From Armatimonadota bacterium (GTDB lineage: Bacteria; Armatimonadota; Armatimonadia; Armatimonadales; Armatimonadaceae), in NCBI GenBank assembly GCA_043754515.1, contig JAYUUO010000229.1:1-27768 (forward strand): a DNA stretch of 27,768 nucleotides, in the 5' to 3' direction. The position numbers were made by a program, and so were the translations under genes. Positions within the stretch are counted from its first letter, which is position 1; every line of letters starts with the position of its first letter. This document shows positions 25,397 through 27,768 of the stretch, piece after piece. The notes beneath the pieces were generated by a model. It was not told the DNA's origin. It saw only the letters and a program-made list of their open reading frames with translations, and ran no database searches.

Positions 25397-26681
25397 ATGA
25401 ACAAGATGGTAGATCTGGGTACCGACACTGCCACGCTTTTCGTATTTCATCCGGAAGATCTGAGGGAGCACGCCGACGATCTGATTTACTGGCACACCTA
25501 CGATTTTGTCTGCCACGCGAGTTTGAAGTCGGCCACTTGATCGGGTTCACGACCGGGAGTGACGGAGGCTACCGGTTACGCCTGACGGACGGCGACTTGA
25601 CCCCAGCCGAGGCCGAAGCCGCCACGGGGAAGTGGGCGTTCGGTTACGAGGCGCGGCACGGGAGGGTGCTGGTGGACAACGGCGACTACCCCCCTCGAAG
25701 GATTTTTCCGATGCAGACGATTACCCCGATCAATGGGTAGATGTGCCAAACGGAAGGTACCGGGTCACGGTGCATGCGCTAGATCGTAGCGGCACGCCGG
25801 ACGAGGTGGAAATGCCCGATTACGTTCTGTGCTGGCAACCAACGGATGTCGTCCTGGCGTCACTCGTCACATCGCCGACGTCGCCGTACCTGCCGCCGTC
25901 GCGCGGGGGTGAACCGCGTGCGGAGCCGGGTATGTCCGCGAACGGCTACCCCGATCCGAACGGCGTCCTAGAACCACTCCACGACACCTATCTACTCCTG
26001 CTGGCCGCACGGAACCGTTTCCTCGTCCCAGGCTCCTCCGACGTCATCCCGATTTCGGAGCGGTGGTACGCGGTACTCGGATTTTCGTCCGGCTTCATAG
26101 GAGATGACGAAGAGGAACCGAAGGATACGGACGAATCTATCGCGGACGAGGACAGAGAATACATCGTCGTCGCGCCGGGGGGCGCGGACGAGGAATCACC
26201 GACGACGCTCGCCCGGATAACTAGTGTCTCGCGCATGGGGGACGAGCTGGGGCAGGTACATCTGATCGGATAGCAACTTGTACGGGTGCGCGAAGTGACG
26301 CCCGAGATTACTACGCGGCTCGCGCGGGCACTTGTGGTAGCGGTCTCGCGCGACGAGACATCACTCGCGCCTGATGCAATGGCCGCTCTGAAGCAAGATT
26401 TCGCCGCTTACCCTCTCGCGAGCGAGGCATATCGGAACACAACCCCTAATGCTATCTTCGAGGCGCGACAGGTCGAGGCGATCACGAACAGCGCGGTGCT
26501 CACGACCCGCCTGATACGCTACGTCGCCCTTCCCGCTCAAACTAAAGCCGAACTACTCGCCGCGTCTGACGCAGAACGGAGTAAAAAGCTGCGGGAGGCG
26601 ATGCGAGGGACGTACGCGACAGGCAGACCGCTAGGCACCCCGCGAGTACCTCGCGGGGTGCTTCTAGTCTTGCAATGCTGA
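25397..26681 (+). pseudogene. DUF6386-like N-terminal domain fused to a Lon N-terminal-like domain; two frameshifts and one nonsense codon
   Basis: GGAGGA RBS. MNKMVDLGTDTATLFVFHP / EFEVGHLIGFTTGSDGGY / QWVDVPNGRYRVTVH are joined by frameshifts near 25517 and 25690. TAG 26271-26273 is in frame with ORF 26286..26681. Confidence 0.65.
26635..26661. terminator. Hairpin between convergent genes
   Basis: Perfect 12-bp stem GCACCCCGCGAG-TAC-CTCGCGGGGTGC. Confidence 0.65.
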
Positions 26682-26703
26682 TGTCACGGACCCTTCGAGC
26701 GTG

Positions 26704-27279
26704 TCACACCGAGTTTGCGATGATGATCGCTTCCGCGATCTCGCGCATGGACTTGCGCGTGTTCATGCTCTGCACCTGGATACGGCGGAAGGCGTCTTGC
26801 TCTTTCAGGCCGTATTGGTCCATCAAGATGCCCTTCGCCCGGTCGACGGACTTGCGCGTTTCCAGCTTGTCTTCCATCTTTTCGACCTCTTTTTCGAGTT
26901 CGAGAAACTCCTCGAAGCGAGCGATGGCTATCTCTATGGCGGGCATTAGCTCCGCTTCTTTGAACGGTTTGACGAGGTAGGCGAACACGCCCGCGTCCCG
27001 AGCGCGATCTACCAGATCTTTTTGCGAATAGGCAGTTAGTAACAGGACGGGCGCGATGCCCTCGGTCGAAATGATCTTCGCCGCGTCTATGCCATCCATG
27101 TTCGGCATTTTTATGTCGAGGATGGCTAGGTCGGGCTTCAGTTCGCGGGATTGCTCGACGGCCTGCGCACCGTCACCCGCTTCGCCGACGACGATATGCC
27201 CCATATTTTCCAGCGTCCGCCGGAGGTCGAGGCGGATGATGGGTTCATCATCCGCGATTAGTAAGCGTAGGGGTTCCAC
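26704..27279 (-). CDS. ANTAR-domain response regulator (REC + ANTAR; PdtaR/EutV-like)
   Basis: LIADDE...DIKMP...YLVKPF receiver, then LETRKSVDRAKGILM...EQDAFRRIQ.QSM ANTAR. AAGGAG RBS before GTG 27279 gives 191 aa. Confidence 0.95.
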   Translation of the reverse strand: MEPLRLLIADDEPIIRLDLRRTLENMGHIVVGEAGDGAQAVEQSRELKPDLAILDIKMPNMDGIDAAKIISTEGIAPVLLLTAYSQKDLVDRARDAGVFAYLVKPFKEAELMPAIEIAIARFEEFLELEKEVEKMEDKLETRKSVDRAKGILMDQYGLKEQDAFRRIQVQSMNTRKSMREIAEAIIIANSV

Positions 27280-27655
27280 TTGGATTTTACTCCTTGATTC
27301 CGGCTCGGTTCGTTCCGGGGCTTTCATTGCCCGCAGTCCGTTTTTGCGGACGGAGCGCGGTTCGGGCGGGGCCGGACCGTCACTGCCCATGTCAATAACA
27401 GAACTACCCGGTGTCAGCGACCATACGGGTAGACCGGACAACAGCCGGGAGACTTTCTTTATATTTAGATTAATCAGGCGCGGCGTGTACGTGTTTCCCG
27501 TTCCCTGCGGCCCGAGTCGCTACATGCGCTCGGACGAATGTGTTGGGACGGTCCCACTATCGTTCGCTATGGCTATACGATATTCGCGTTCCACGGGTGT
27601 AGACGCTATTTATGGGTGTACGTTCCATGTTTCGGTGTTATATGACTTTAAGCAG

Positions 27656-27768
27656 TAGACCTCTTGTATGAGTGCGTTTGAAATTCGGGATCGTTTTGAG
27701 CCCATGGTAGGTATGTCTTATCACAACATCAAAGACTACACGCCGGAGAAATTCAAGCGATCAACCGG
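27656..27768 (+). mobile_element. Left end of an IS5-family (ISL2/IS702-like) element with transposase N-terminus, truncated by the window edge
   Basis: TAGACCTCTTG terminus. ATG 27713 gives MSYHNIKDYTPEKFKRSTG, resembling the xYxxIKxxxPxxFxRxxG start of IS702-type transposases. Confidence 0.65.

Overview
GC-rich bacterial chromosomal window. The combination of a T-box, an Lpt cluster with DUF3084 and a PEP-CTERM protein suggests a diderm Terrabacterium such as Armatimonadota (inference). Left part (1-8770, minus strand): a Leu(CUC) T-box riboswitch heads an ilvB-ilvN-ilvC operon interleaved with about 11 mostly abutting or overlapping accessory genes. These include a frameshifted HEPN pair, an MBL hydrolase and its internally deleted paralog, a UDG-like protein, a broken vapBC and a nonsense-interrupted SMI1/KNR4 gene. 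Middle: a Tat-exported unknown protein, a three-repeat FGSW/AGLDY protein, and lptC-lptA-lptB-lptF/G-DUF3084-yqgF-like, convergent with gtrA-rne/rng. Right: a redoxin, an Rpn pseudogene, a PEP-CTERM NHL protein, a 600-bp intergenic region holding 28-bp periodic motifs and a folded ~175-nt candidate ncRNA, a ring-cleaving dioxygenase, cobA-hemD, a decayed DUF6386-like/Lon-N fusion, an ANTAR response regulator and the left end of an IS5-family element. The core genes are intact, while many accessory genes are broken.
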